Origin: Coniocarpon cinnabarinum
Lineage: Eukaryota
Assembly (NCBI GenBank): GCA_051942205.1
Contig: JAVECO010000135.1
Location: 1 to 64,000 of the forward strand
Reading direction: 5' to 3'
Length of the DNA: 64,000 nt
Both the position numbers and the translations under genes were made by a program. Under the pieces are notes generated by a model. The model worked only from the letters and a program-made list of their open reading frames with translations, ran no database searches and was not told where the DNA came from. Numbering within the stretch: position 1 is the first letter of the stretch; each line of letters opens with the position of its first letter. Below, piece by piece: positions 1 through 13,346 of this stretch.

Positions 1-69
1 GTTAATAGTTAATACTTTGCGGATTTTGGTACCGTTTTGAGTCAAAGTTGTTTTGTAAATTGCATATGA

Positions 70-830
70 ACTATATATAAATGCCATATGTATTAATATT
101 TATAATAATATTATTAAGCTTAAGTTTAATTTTTTTAAGTAGTTTTAATTTTACTACTAAAATATTTTTTTATTTTTATATATTAAATACTAATAAGAAT
201 AGATTTAAATTAATATTTATAAAAAAATCTAATAGAATTAATATTAAATTTATTAGTTACTAAATTTAATTCTTTAATTAACTTTTTTTTTCTCTTTTAT
301 TTTTTAGTTATTAATATTTCTACTTACTAAAAAATTTAAAAATTATTATAGTTTATAGCTCTAAAAAAGTTATAGTTATTAAGATAATCTATACTACTAA
401 ATTAAAAGTATAAGTAATCTATAATACTAAAGACTAGTATATAAATTAGTAGTAAACTATATAAGATAATATATATACTTTTCTATACTATAATAGATTA
501 GATTATTATAGTTATTATTATTACTATTTTTTAGTTTTATAATTAAAAAAATCTTAAATAAAAAATCTTATTAAAATAATTATTTTTATAATTTATTATA
601 TATTAATATTACTAATAATTATTTTTATATTTATAAATATACTTTTAGACTTATAATTAATAAAATAAAAATATAATAATAATTATTAATTAGTTAACTA
701 TCTTATAATAGTAAAAAGTTTAAGAATTTTTAAAAGTAGAAAGTATCTTATAGAGCTAAGCTTTTATTACCTTCTATATATAGTAACTCTTATATATAAC
801 CCTAATTTTCTAATACTAGGCGCTATATTC
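70..830. mobile_element. AT-rich, RIP-like degenerate repeat/transposon relic
   Basis: Extremely AT-rich, TpA-rich and CpA/TpG-poor, with stop codons everywhere and a sharp switch to balanced GC near 830-900. This is the typical signature of repeat-induced point mutation. The element family cannot be identified. Confidence 0.7.
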
Positions 831-1161
831 TAGAGGCTGTCTATTTCGTAAGTAAGTAGCTGTCCCTACTTCTAATAAGGGTGAGTAGCCCTAAAGCTTA
901 GACACTGTTCTTTTGCTAGGACACGACATTAGCCTTGACCCCAGCGCACGGGCCATAAAAAACATGATCTGATAGGTCTCGTTCCAGACGGGATCTTCCG
1001 GTTCTGCGCGGGGGTCCGTCACAGCATTCCTCATCGGGCTAAGCTCAGTATAGATACCTAGGCTTCCGGCACGTGCCTGGTGCTGAGATTCTGAGATGCC
1101 TTCAGATGTTGCTCGCATACACCAAGGCTTCCATCTGACAGCTGAATCAATTGGTTCGATC

Positions 1162-2334
1162 ATGTCATGCTCTTACCTTACCCATCCAGCACCGGCGCCA
1201 CCACTCCATGTTCCTCCCTCCTCGGCAACGGTTGAAGTTCGGGTTATCGACAGGTCTGCAAGCTTCCAGTCTTGAATATGCCGCACTGCACACAGCACGG
1301 TGCTGACTGAGGACTATGACAGCTCGACCAAGATTCACTTCCCGCTTGACCTGCTTTTCAATGAGAAGATCAAGGGTCATGACTTCCTCGATGTCCCATC
1401 TTACTCGTTTCTCATAACCCATGGCGCCAGACATGTGTTGTTTGATCTCGGCGCGCGTAAGGATCTCGAGAATCTGGCTCCTAAGATACGTGAGCGCGCC
1501 ATGAGCTGGGGTAAGGCAGAGAGGAATGTTGCCGACATCATCGACGAGGGAAGCCTTGGCATTGGGGCCGCCGACATTGAATCAGTCATCCTCAGCCATC
1601 ATCATTGGGACCACATCGGCACGATGACTTCGTTTCCAAAGTCGACCGCAATCTGGGTCGGGCCCGGGTTCAAAGATGCGTTAATACCTGGTTATCCTAC
1701 GAATCCCGACTCACCGATGTTGGAAGCTGATATGAAAGATCGCATAGTCCACGAATGCTCTGTTTCTTCCGGGAGATGGCATGTTAAGGCGGGACCTTGC
1801 GACGCCTTTGACTTTTTTGGAGACGGGAGCTTTTTCTTACTCAATACACCCGGTCATGCACCGGGGCACTTGGCCGCCCTGGCTCGGACCACGCACTCAC
1901 CTGACACGTTCATGCTCTTGGCTGGCGATGCTTGTCATCACGGCGGTGAGATTAGGCCAACTGCATACCATCCATTGCCACGAGAGATAAGTCCCTCTCC
2001 AAGTTTTCGATTTGCCCCGTGTCCAGGCCTGATACTGCAAAAGCTTCAATCAAACCATAGTGTGTCAGATCCTTTCTATACAGTAAGATCGAATTTTCCA
2101 TCGAATTTTGATGAGTGCGAAAAGAGCTTGAGAAAAGTTGAAGAGCTTGATTCCCACGATTGTGTGCTAGTCGCCATGGCTCATGATCCTGCTCTGAAGG
2201 ATTTACTCCGATTTTACCCTGAAACGGCTAATGATTGGAAGGCAAGTGATGTCAAATCCAAGTCCAAATGGCTATTTTTGCAGGACTTTCAACCAGCTAT
2301 CGACGAAACTTCGGAGACGACTTCTGAGCTTTAG
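1162..2334 (+). CDS. Metallo-beta-lactamase-fold hydrolase (fungal lactonase/lactamase-like)
   Basis: ATG 1162 gives MSCSYLTHPAPAPPLHVPPSSATVEVRVID. An intron (~1253-1322, GCTGAC branch) joins it to the ORF carrying SHHHWDH (HxHxDH), PGHAPGH, GDACH and a C-terminal AHD. Confidence 0.88.
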
Positions 2335-3857
2335 GTCCAATTTCAAGGCCACACATCTAGCATTAGGCAAATCTCTCACACTTAATTACAGCGGACTGAC
2401 TCACGCTGGCGATTTCCGACATATGTTTGATAAAATTTTTTCCCACGTGTATTACAAAATGAGCAAGATCGAACCAGCTATTGGAGCATTTAAAGCTTGC
2501 GAAAAAACGTCCATCATCAGATCCAGTACGTTGCATTAGCACTGCTTGGTGATGTCGGACGCGCAAGGGGTAGTAGTAATTTCCAATGTGAGAAAGGGTC
2601 CGGATCAATCCCTGTATTGTGCAGGTGACTTATTTGAAGGTGCATGCAGGTCCATTGCCTATAAGAATTCCTTGAACTTTGGCATAATTCGTTGTGAACC
2701 TTGTGCCTATGTATTATCATCATGAAAGCCCTCTACGAGGCTGCGTCAAAGAGAATGACAACGAAATGAGGTGGGTGAGTATGCCGACCTCCGGAGCCAA
2801 AAAATCTCTTCTCCTGTTGCCTGTCAGGCAACTACCCCTCGTTTGCCTGCTGCAATCCCCTGTCCGCATTCAGCGTTGGGATAAATTAGGATTTCGGCGA
2901 AGAACTACTGCATCGAGTGAAATAGTCATGATAGAAATTATAGGACACGGGATTCACGCGCACTGAAAAGACGGAATTGAGATGCTCATGATTTTGTTTC
3001 TCATTGGTGCAGTTTAACAGCCCCTCGTTTGCAAATCACATTCTCGGTCGCAGCCAGACATGATACGAGGATCGCAGATGTAACGGCGGCCCCTTAAGAT
3101 TCATCTTCCGAGACAATGAGACAGCCTCCCGTTTCGCTTTGCAGCTTGTCGCGTGGCCTACAAGCGACGCCGCGCTTCATCCTTCTTACAGAACGCTTCT
3201 TGGCCCCATTGCTCTAATTAGCCCTTTTGTAAAAGTCAAAATCACGGGCTAGTGCTGCATATCAGTTATCTGATGCAGGCTCCGGCTGTGACTGGCTGAG
3301 TGGCCACCCCCGTACTCTGTCCGTCAGTCAATGGCCGCGGTGAGGCGCTACCGAATCAGGTACGCCCCGGCGTCAATTGATGGCTCAATCTCATGACCAA
3401 CGGCCAAATTTTCAAAAGCTCTTCCTTGCATCCTCACCGAAGCTGTGGTAGAGGGCGAAACGATGTTCTATTGGAACTGATAATCAAATGTGACATCGAT
3501 GTGATTGCATCTGCGGGCCGCGATCCGTCTCATTGCGACGCTGGGATCGTGTTCCGATCCTTACACATCGGAGTTTAGGCACTGCTTGCCATAATGACAG
3601 TCAATTCGCCACTGGAATCTGGACTAAAAAGTCCTCGAAGGCCTATGTATCGGCGGCTGACCGCACGGACGCAGCTTGCGTTCGTCATGGGTCTCAGCGA
3701 CAGTGCTGAACGTGAATGGCTGTGTGAGCTGGCATGCACAAATTCTGCGGCGTGTCATCCACATAAGAGCTGAATGCCAGCATCGTGTTTCGCCAGAACC
3801 TCCTGTTCGGTCACAAGGCACAATTTCGCCACTCGTTCCCTCTTTCCAACATTTGAC

Positions 3858-4634
3858 ATGGATCAAACGCTTCAGAATCTGGCAAGCCGCCTTTACAATC
3901 AGGTCCCTGCACATGCGACAGAACGGCCCTACGTGCGCGTTTGGTGGCCTGAGCGAGGAAATCTCTTCTCATTCGCTTCCATGGGCTTGCTGCCACTGCA
4001 CCAAAGTCTCTCCCCTCCTACTTCGCCGCTCGACACGAATAGTCAGGAGGAGAAAGTCCGCTTTCTCGCTGAAATCCGCGAGTTCCTTGCTCTCTTTGAA
4101 ACACAGGACATGCAGATCCTGCGCGAGGAAGAATTGCGTAGCAGAAGCCCAGCGCAGCCCACGCCATTTGCAAATCTCAAAACGCAATTGCGTGACATTC
4201 TCGAGTTGGGCCCTCGTCAGACGCGTGCAACTGGACTTCCTTTGCAACGGCAGACCGAGTACGTCGTGCTTGGCTTTTCATCCCCAAGGGTCTGGTGAAG
4301 CCCGCCGCTAATCGACAGCAGGGCTCAACACTCCAACACAATCTTCGATATCATCCGCATCGCTCACGACCACTCCGCTCAAATTCCTCAAGAAACACGC
4401 GTTCTCACATTTCAAGATGAGAGCCGAAACCACTCCCTTTTCCTCCTACTCCATGGCAACGATCTCTCCTCAGCCTACGGCCGGCTGAAGGATGAGCAGG
4501 GCATCTCTCACGAACTCTTCCTGCATGAAGCGACGCAACCTCTCTCACCATCGCACGTGGACGGCTATCGCTCTGTCGCCGAACAAACTGAACGATACCA
4601 ACTTTTGGCGGTCTCCACGCCATCTTCAGGATGA
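3858..4634 (+). CDS. Hypothetical two-exon protein, no recognisable domain
   Basis: ORF from MDQTLQNLASRLY. An intron GTACGT..GCTAAT..CAG (~4259-4318) links in frame to an open second exon (RAQHSNTIFDIIRIAHDH...STPSSG*). Confidence 0.55.
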
Positions 4635-4908
4635 CGGCTGACGTTTGACTCAATAAAGAGGAAGGACATGAATATTTACCAGAACCCCAACGCACTTCCG
4701 ATTCAACGATGTCTGTGAGCCTTCCTGGTCGGTGTCGACTGCTCATGGAAAGCTCCTGTTGCTGGTTGCAGTCTTCGATTCAAATTGGAATATGAATTCA
4801 TTTCGGGCAAGTGATACAACCGTACTACAACGTCATGTATAATCATACATACTTTTAGACGATTGTTACATCCGACTCTTACAAGGGTGCCATGATAGAA
4901 AGCTAGAC

Positions 4909-5950
4909 TTATTCGTACCATTTGCTTACCTCTTCAAACTCCCAGAACTCTCCACTAGTCGATCCAATGTCACCCAACGCCAGTTTAACTGGCGTCGCAG
5001 CTCCTTGATCAGGCGTTTTGCGGCCGTTGTGCTTGCTCATATCTGTGTCGACGTACCCTGGGCAGCAGCAATTAAGCAGCACACCATCCTTGACGCCCTT
5101 GAATTTGCCTTGTACTATTTGCTTCCCGAGTATCCTGCTCATGCCGGTGACGCCCGCTTTGCTAACGCCGTAAGCCGACGATGGCCAGCCGTCTTTAGCA
5201 TGACTGCCCTGCTCAACCTTCTCCTGAAATTCCTCCATGAGCTCGGTGATGTCCGGTATGATCTTGGCGCTCTTGAAACGTTCGGTCAGCTCAGGCGAAT
5301 ACTTGTTCAGCTTGCTAACCATGGAGGAAACATTCACTACGCGGCCATTGGGGCGAATATGCGGAAGTAGAGCCTGGCTAAGCGCGAGAGTACCGTAGTA
5401 ATTACATGCCAGGTCTTTGCTAACAACGTGTGCGCCGAAGCCGTCTAGGGCTATGCCTCTACACACGATATTGTTAGCACGAAAGATTTGTTGATCCTGA
5501 CCGCCAATGCAAGTCGCGCCTACGCGTTGTTGACCAGGTAGTCAATCCCGTCAGGATGTTCCTTCTTGAGGAAGGCCTCGAAGCTCTTGATGGATTGTCC
5601 ATCCGAAATGTCAAGAGGAGCAAACTTGATCGTCGTGGGTCCACCATCCGTATGCAGGGCCTTCGCCGAGCGTAGCTTCTGATCTTCTTGAATATCTTTC
5701 AACGCCGCCTGTCCCTTGTTCTGGTCGCGAGCAGTGAGATAGATGAGAAGCGGCAACGGCGGACTATTGAGGGGGGACGTGGGGTATTGGAGGGCCAGGT
5801 TGCGGACTGAAGGCGTCAGCTGAAAGAGGCTTTGACGCCGTCGGTCGCGCAGGCAGACAGACCAGGGAATGGTCAGGCGAACGTACCTATGGCGAAGCCG
5901 ATGCCCTTGTTTGCGCCGGTGACAGCGGCGACGCGCGTGTTGGCAGCCAT
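4909..5950 (-). CDS. Carbonyl reductase-like short-chain dehydrogenase/reductase
   Basis: Spliced MAANTRVAAVTGANKGIG (TGxxxGxG), LVNNAG, VNVSS, YGVSK (YxxxK) and CCPGYVDTDM. Two introns. Confidence 0.92.
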
Positions 5951-6706
5951 TGCTCGGTCTCTCCGTGAGGTGAGCGACAACGCGATGGAGTTTGCGACTT
6001 TGGAAGAATCCGGCTCTCCTCGTGTCAAGTACTGCGTGCAAAAAAAGGAATGATGTCGAGAATCAGCGCTTCCATCTGCATGCCTCTCCCCAGCGTTGAC
6101 CGGAAGGCAGATTTTGGACTGATGTCATTGGATCTCGGTCCGGGTCATCTTGCTCCGCGGACCGCAAGGCCGTTTGTGCATTCCACTGTCACAATGTCAA
6201 CGAACGAGGCGGACTCGCTTCAGCGAGGCATTCTTATCTTCTGTTTAAAAACCATGTCTACCTAGATAGATGAATGATATCGAGAGAATTCGTTATCTTT
6301 CACGCAACATCAAGACAATACCTGGGCAGGGTTTTTGGAATGCCACGTTTGTTTTTGAGCGGGTTCAATGTCCACTACATGACTGCTATGGACGGGCTTC
6401 TTTATTGTCAATTTCCAATGTGTTGATGGCAATTCCAGAACGTTCAAAAAGAAGATCTCTACACTTTCACTGCTCTTCAAGCGCATTCTGTTTTCTGTAT
6501 AGTGTAGCATACTATACAAGACGTAAAGTCGCCCAAGGTCAGCCAATGATGATGCAACGTGTAAGCTAGGTAGTGGGCGACCAGGGAACGTAGGGCCATT
6601 CACTTTTTCTGTGCGAATGCTTCTTTGTGCAGTCTTTCTTATTCTATACATCTGCACTGTAAATTGCACTAGACGTGATATTGAACGACACTGCTCGACG
6701 TTAGAC

Positions 6707-7808
6707 ATGGCCGCACAAAACCTCCAAGAAATCCATGATTTCCTAGTAGAAATTGCCCATCGAGCTGGCGACATGATCACTTCCGCAATACCTTCAAGTG
6801 CCGGCTCAGGCTCTAAGAAAAATTGTAGGTGCTATCCTCTTTGTCTCTCTGCGAGATGTGCCCCAACCCGAAGTCTGGACACCAGAATGGTGAGGGCCGC
6901 TCTGGGGCCTGTCGCCAACTAACCACCACCACACCAGCTGCCGATCTCGTTACTGAAACCGACAAGGCCGTCGAAGACATGATCTCTGCAACGCTCCGCG
7001 AGCGTTATCCAGATTTTGCCTTTATGGGCGAGGAAACTTACAAGCCAGGCGATCGTCTAACGGCCCAGCCTACGTTTGTCGTTGACCCAATCGACGGCAC
7101 TACAAACTTTGTGCATGCGTACCCATACGTCTCCATCTCTCTCGGTCTCGCCGTCGACAAAAAACCAGTAATCGGTGTCGTGTTCAATCCATATACCGAT
7201 ACACTGTACTCTGCTATCGATGGCAAGGGAGCTTTCCTGAACCTGAAGACTCCTTTGCCGCTCAAGATAGACTCAACCACAACGGCAAAGGACACACGTG
7301 GCACGCACACAATGTCCGGAGCGCAGCGCGATCTTGAGCCATTGACAGATCTCGACCAAGCTCTCGTTGCCATTGAGTGGGGCAGCGATCGATCTGGATC
7401 AGATTTTCAGACAAAGTGCAAGACTTTTGCGAATTTGACTGCCGCAAAAGAGGACGGTGGCGGCATGGTGCATGGTCTGCGCAGTTACGGTAGTGCAGCA
7501 CTAAATCTGTGTGGTGTCGCTGAAGCAAGTTTGGACGTGTACATGGAGAGTGGGTGCTGGGCCTGGGATGTAACTGCGGGTATATGTATACTCAGAGAAG
7601 CTGGTGGAATGGTAGTGGACTGCAATCCAGGCCGATGGGTGAGTCTGACTGTGATGAAGCATTGTCAATGCGGAGAGCGAAGCTGATTCTGGTGTAGGAC
7701 GTCAATGTTGATGATCGAAGATATCTGGCTGTGCGGAAGGGCACGGACAGGAAGGTGGTGGAGCAAGTTTGGGGGTGCATGGCTGGACAATTGAGTTACA
7801 GCGCATAA
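6707..7808 (+). CDS. Inositol monophosphatase family protein
   Basis: DLVTETD, GEE, VDPIDGTTNF, RSYGSAALNLC and WDVTAG motifs. Introns at ~6826-6937 and ~7639-7697; the last exon ends LSYSA*. Confidence 0.93.
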
Positions 7809-7932
7809 TACGATGAAAGTTCGCCTGCACCGTACAGTTTGAGGCGAGGTCTACTGAGCAAGCATTTCGGCCCAGTCTAATATGAGATTTAGCTACCTGA
7901 CAAGGTCATGTGCACCAAGATAGGCGTTGATC

Positions 7933-8818
7933 TCATTCACTTCCTGTGCCTAGGATTCGGGCAATCACGGTGTAGGCCACGACTGCGAATACAGCGACGA
8001 GGAGCTTATGCTGCCCAATCCAGCCACTGCCGGCTTGCCTTGCTTGCTGACCGCCTTCAGCGACAGCGCTCAAAGGCCCGTTGCTTCCATTTGGCCGTCG
8101 TCTTAGCGCATCAGCGCCTGGCGCGCATGACGCATTTTTGGGGTCTGGCACATAGCGTCCTGACTTCGGATCTACTCTATGCTCCGCCATAAATTTCCAA
8201 TTCTGAGCATCCAGGTCAGGCCACTCGGCTCTGAACTTTGCGCCTCCATCTCCTGCCTTTACGTTGCCGTGGCCCGCCGCGTTTGAGTTGCTGAGGCCTG
8301 GTATCGATTTGGGTGATGAGCCACCGCCTGTGCTGTTCCACCAACGGGTCGAAGAAGCAAATGACCTGCGTTCTTTTTCTGAGGCGCTTACACTCCCAGT
8401 CGTCATTTCATCAGAAGTCATGAAGCTCATAAGCCCAATGAGAATGGTGGACACCTCCCAGGCGGGGTTGAAAGACTTGGGATGGAAATCGCTAATGCTG
8501 AGACAAAGCCGAGTTGAGGGTTGAAAGCGGCCGCTGGGCGTATGCATGCGAATGGCCGGCGGGGCGAATGGGTACGTAGGTGGGAACACTAGTGTTCCTA
8601 AACCAACAACGTCAGATTCAAGTACGTGCAGCGCCAAATGCCGATTACTTACCCCAGTATTGTCCACCTTCATAGGGAGTTTCGGGCGGGCCAGTGAGTA
8701 TGTAGTGCCACTCGAGAATGTTGCTCTCTGAGGGATGTGCGACAATGTAAGGAGGTGGATTCTTCTGTATGAGTTGGTATTCGCGCGTAAGACGTTTGTG
8801 AGCAGCACGAGTAGCCAT
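7933..8818 (-). CDS. UBC6: Tail-anchored ubiquitin-conjugating enzyme E2 Ubc6
   Basis: MATRAAHKRLTREYQLIQKNPPPYIVAHPSESNILEWHY, then one intron, then GTLVFPPTYPFAPPAIRMHTPSGRFQPSTRLCLSISDFHP and a C-terminal transmembrane tail. Confidence 0.95.
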
Positions 8819-9324
8819 CGGTACAGCTGTAGAGTTTGAATTTTTTTCTCGCCTGAAACACTTTTAAGAGTTGTAGACGAAGCCGGGTTGTGAATCTCGC
8901 AGCGACCGTCAATGAGAATGCAGAAAGATGTAGCAGCGCACCGCAAAGGTTTAGATAATTGATAGAGTGCCTGATATATGAGGAAAAAAGCACTGTCTTC
9001 CTCCAACGCTCCTGGAGCTTCTCGCATCCAAGCGCATGTCATGGAGAACACTCATGGTGGACGTGTCCATGAAAGCTTGGTCTGAGAACGCGCTGCTAGA
9101 TTCCAGCTCTTCTCGTTGGCGGAGAAAGCCTTCAATGATGGGCGTCCGTGGAAATCGCGCTTCTCCTAAAGATGTGAGAATGCATTGATTGAATAACCAA
9201 ATTACCACTCAGTGTCTTTCCGAGTTGACCATTTGGAGGCTCAAGCTTTGACCTGGAAGATCTAGACGTTCAACACGCCGCTTAGATTCTATCTATACGA
9301 CGAAGCAGATGCGGCGGTATCACT

Positions 9325-10579
9325 ATGGAGAACGGATCGTATTCAATAAATTTTGCCGGGGATGTTATGCTTGGACGATTGATCGATCAGCTGCTCCCAT
9401 CCCATGTAGACGCACCTCGAGAAGCGGAGCATGTGAAGTCATTCATATCATCAAACCCCGCGCTGAAGCAGTATGGGCTTCCTTCTCCCTGGGGCAATAC
9501 TCTCCCACTTTTCGAATCCTCTGATCTGAATATTGTCAATCTCGAGACATCAGTGACTGCAAGTAACAAGACCTGGCCTGAGAAGATGTTCAACTACAGG
9601 ATGCACCCTGACAACATCAAGAGTCTTCATAATGCGTGGATAGACTATGTGAGTCTTGCTAATAACCACACGCTAGATTTCAGCGAAGTTGGATTGCGAG
9701 ATACTGTTGAGACGTTAAAGAAAGCCAGTATCCGCTTTGCTGGGGTAGGTCTCGGCGCAAGGGAGGCCACAGCTCCAGCAGACCTTACAATGCCCTCCGA
9801 AACAAAGCAGCACAGAGCAGTTGGTAGGAGGGTGCACAGTATCCAGATCTGGTCTGCCGCCGACCATCCACATGAATGGTCTAATATGCCTGGGTTCAAC
9901 CTCATTGACTACTCCGCCGAGACAAAGTCATTGTTGAAGGAAGCGATTACGCGGGGCCAACACAGAGATCCTTCCCTTAAAATTTTCAGCGTTCATTGGG
10001 GTCCTAACTACGCTTGGAAGCCAGCCAGAGAGATACGCGCCATGGCACATTTCCTCATTGACGATTGCGGTATTGATATAATCCATGGGCACTCGTCACA
10101 CCACATTCAAGGTGTCGAAAAGTATCATGGAAAGTTGATCATATATGGCTGTGGTGACTTTATTGATGATTATGCATTGACACCAGAGTACCGCAATGAC
10201 ATTTCGGCTGTATGGAGAGTCAAAGTGTCTGATAAGGAAGTAAGTCAACACCTTCAAACCCGGCAGCCCTTCTTGCTTGGAATAATTCTAAAGTCGACTG
10301 CATCCATGCCAGACATTTTCCTATCCCGAGATAAAAGCTTCGAAAAAGGCTTTTAGTTGACTGTTTAGCTAAGAACGTTAATTGCAGGGCAAATTGGAGC
10401 TCAACACGCTCGAAGTATTTCCTACAAGAAACAGACTCTTTCAAGCGCAGCGCTTGAAAATTGAAGATCCGGATTACGACTGGATGCGAAAAAAGTTTAC
10501 AAGTCTGTGTGGTGATTTCGGGACCAAGGTCGAGCCTCATATCGGCTCAGAAGGCCAGATCCGCGTAGCCTTGCGATAA
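9325..10579 (+). CDS. CapA/PGA_cap-family metallophosphoesterase
   Basis: FAGDVMLGR, IVNLET, SLANNHTLDF, SVHWGPNY, IHGHSSHHIQG and YGCGDFIDDY motifs. Intron 10240-10387 (GTAAGT..CAG). Confidence 0.88.
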
Positions 10580-11451
10580 CTTGGTAGCACTTAAGTTGCT
10601 TAGCGGACTTAACGACTCGCCGCTCCTCACGTAATATGCTCAAAATCAATCGTTGGGTCTTCAAATTATTTAGTGCTGGGAAGAAAACGAGCAAAGATCA
10701 TTCGCAAGAAAATCTAGATGCAATTATCGACTCCCGAATTCACAGTGATGTCTCCGAACCTTAGCGAAAAGACGAGACTACTTACAGATCTTCAATCTGC
10801 CATCAAGTCCACCTCGTTACGTAAACCTGGGAAGACTTTGTTTGTATTTGCTTGCAATCTCGAGGGCCCGACATCGCCTTGAATGCGGCAGCCTTGTCGT
10901 CACGTCGCAACAGACGCCGCCTGGCGGGACGAACTCCTAAGACTGACCATGCTTTGCGCGGAGAGTGGTACCCGTATATATTCCTTCAATGGCATTTCGA
11001 ACCTGTCCAAGTCGGATGTGAGTGATCATTTTTCAGTTGCTGCGTGCAGTCCTTACAATGCTTGAGATTATGACGACAGCTTCATCAGCGTCAATGGAAC
11101 CGGAACCCTGGGCTTATAGCCGTGAGGTTACTGAAAGAGGGACTCTTTCGGAGTTAGGTGGAAGATTTTACTCTGGCACGTGAACCTGCCGGGTGGTCTT
11201 TTGGGACCATTTGAGCCCATTTGTACTGGATCAACGAAGTTACATCTCGTCCCATTCGTAACTGTATCCTCCACTCTCGAGGTGACCAAGAAAAGATGAG
11301 TTGGCCAGGGATTCCGGCAGAAAAGAACCCTATGAATACGACCCACTTCATCCGTAAGGCACGGATTGGCTCTTAATGGTTGTGCTGTGAAAAGCCTTTG
11401 CTATTGTACACTCTATCTGCATGCCGGCATCCGTGGCATCGACGTAGGCTT

Positions 11452-13171
11452 TTAAAGAAAGCTGATGCCAACCCCCAAGCTGAGACCTTTCCTTGCTTCC
11501 TCGCCTCGACGCACCACCAGTGGCAAGCTGAAGTTGAGCTCGAATCGTGCCACAGGCATAGCATACACAACGCCCAATCCAGCAGCTACGCTCGGCATCT
11601 CTCGGCCAAGCTCGCCAATGGTATTTCTGACGCTCTGCCGCAGATCAGATGCGCTGAGTTGCGAGGACGAGCCTGTCCCCTTCTCGGAAGAGGAGGTCCG
11701 AGGATCTTGCAAGCCTAGTAGCCTTCCACCGTTGACAAAGAGCTGCATGCGCAAAGGCACGTCTTTGCCAACCCGTGGAAAGGGCAGATATAAGCTTGCG
11801 CCTCCCGCAGCAAAAACATCACCTCCAACACTATCGTTGCCGTCCCTTGGTCCCAAACCGGCCAATCTGAAGCCTCTCACATCCGTTGGACCTCCCAGCG
11901 TGAATCGATCAGTGATCCTACTGTTCTGAGGCGGAGTGCGTAGGGGATCTCGACCAAGCGCCAGAGGATATATCACGCCGCCTCTTAGACCTGCTGTGAA
12001 GCTGATGCCCGCTCTTTGTATCAATGGTACCGCCATTTGGCTCTCGGCCTCCATCTTTGCAAACGCCACATCTCCTTGCAGTGGTCCCACTCCAGCGACT
12101 TCTGCTACTGTCTTCATTAATGTTCCTGTACTCGGCAATATTGGGTTGTCTCGCATGTCTCTGGACCATGTGTGTGTCATGCTCGACTTGAACGAATCAC
12201 CAGCATCCTGCCGTACGCTGGGGCTGGCCGTCTCTGACAGGCCAGTCGCCTGCCGCCAGAGCCCGTTATAGCTGACTTCATGCCTGTGACCGCCTTCGGT
12301 GCCATATCTGAGTTTTGCAAGCCCTCCTCTTAACAGTTCCTCGTGGCTTGCCCAGCTCTTTTGCGTCGCGCTTGCAAGGCCACTCAATTCGAATCTGAAA
12401 TCAGGATTAGAAAGGATGGGAATATCGAATGTGCCTGTATACAAGCTTCGTGTTCTTGTGCCACGAGATGCAGTTGCTTGTAATGATTCGGCGCCGCCAA
12501 AGATGTTTCGCAAGAGCAACGTTCCTTGCACGGAGCCATCATTGGAGCCAGCCCAAGCACCAGTGGAGAAGAGGAGGCGGGGCTTTTCGCGGATGGGGAG
12601 AGTAGCGGTGAGGTCGGTTGGGGTTGTGCTAGGATCGCTGGGATCAGGCTTGTCTAGGTAAAGTGGGATGGGGCTTTCGAAAATATCTGAGCAAGGAGCA
12701 ATGAGTCCAACGCAAGATGGGCAGCTGTTCGGAGAAAAACTAACCAAAGCGATTGAGCTTATCGACGGCTTTGCCTATCTTTGAAATGGCTTCTTGCAAT
12801 GTGTATGGCGCGTCATTGTTGGCGCTGAGAAGTGGGTTGAAGATTCGCGCGAGGAAGCCTTCGCGAGTATAATTTGCGTTGCGGACAGTGATGGATGAGA
12901 GAGTGGTCGGGAGAGTAGTATTGGAGTCAATCTGCAAGCGGTATGAGATGAGAAACGTCTTCACAGCTTGCAAGATTAACTGACGAGCTCCCCCAGCCGT
13001 GCCTGGCTCTTAGCTTCTTGATCGAGCACGCGTCTTTGGACCTCTTCCTCGTGTCGGAGCTGGACAACTGGGTCTTGGGAATTCTTCAATTGCTCGAAGG
13101 GCTGAACACTGTCAGCATTTGAATATGAGAGTCTGCATCGCCATGGTGCATTCACGTACGCTCGAGGACAT
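11452..13171 (-). CDS. SAM50: Mitochondrial outer-membrane SAM complex beta-barrel Sam50/Tob55
   Basis: RNIFGGAE, DRFTLGGPTDVRGF, ARFELNFSLPL and the terminal GLSLGVGISFL. Short 5' exons start at ATG 13171. Confidence 0.93.
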
Positions 13172-13292
13172 TTTTCTGAGGCTTGGTGCCCTTGAACACT
13201 AGCTAAGTCAGAGGTCGTTCACGGCCAAGACTTTAACAGGCATTCTCGATTTTCGGGCTTTCTCGGCGGAATGGTGGAAAAATGCAAGAATA

Positions 13293-13301
13293 CATATTAT
13301 A
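13293..13301 (+). promoter_or_regulatory. TATA-like element about 35 nt upstream of the tRNA-Thr gene
   Basis: CATATTATA lies about -40 to -32 from tRNA G1, close to where TBP/TFIIIB binds on Pol III genes. A function is inferred only. Confidence 0.3.
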
Positions 13302-13346
13302 CCAAAGAAATCAAGGGAATAACTGCACTACGGCCCTTTTAGCTCA

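Noticed and set aside
81..263. 60-aa ORF in the AT-rich block
   Set aside because: An I/F/K/N-rich product expected by chance from RIP-like AT-rich DNA.
797..805. TAACCCTAA telomere-like word
   Set aside because: Single occurrence, not a tandem array.
8819..9051. 5' extension of the 372-aa ORF overlapping UBC6
   Set aside because: Read-through of intron and UTR; the true Ubc6 N-terminus is in another frame from ATG 8818.
9325..10579. Poly-gamma-glutamate capsule operon
   Set aside because: No pgsB/pgsC neighbours; eukaryotic intron-containing context.
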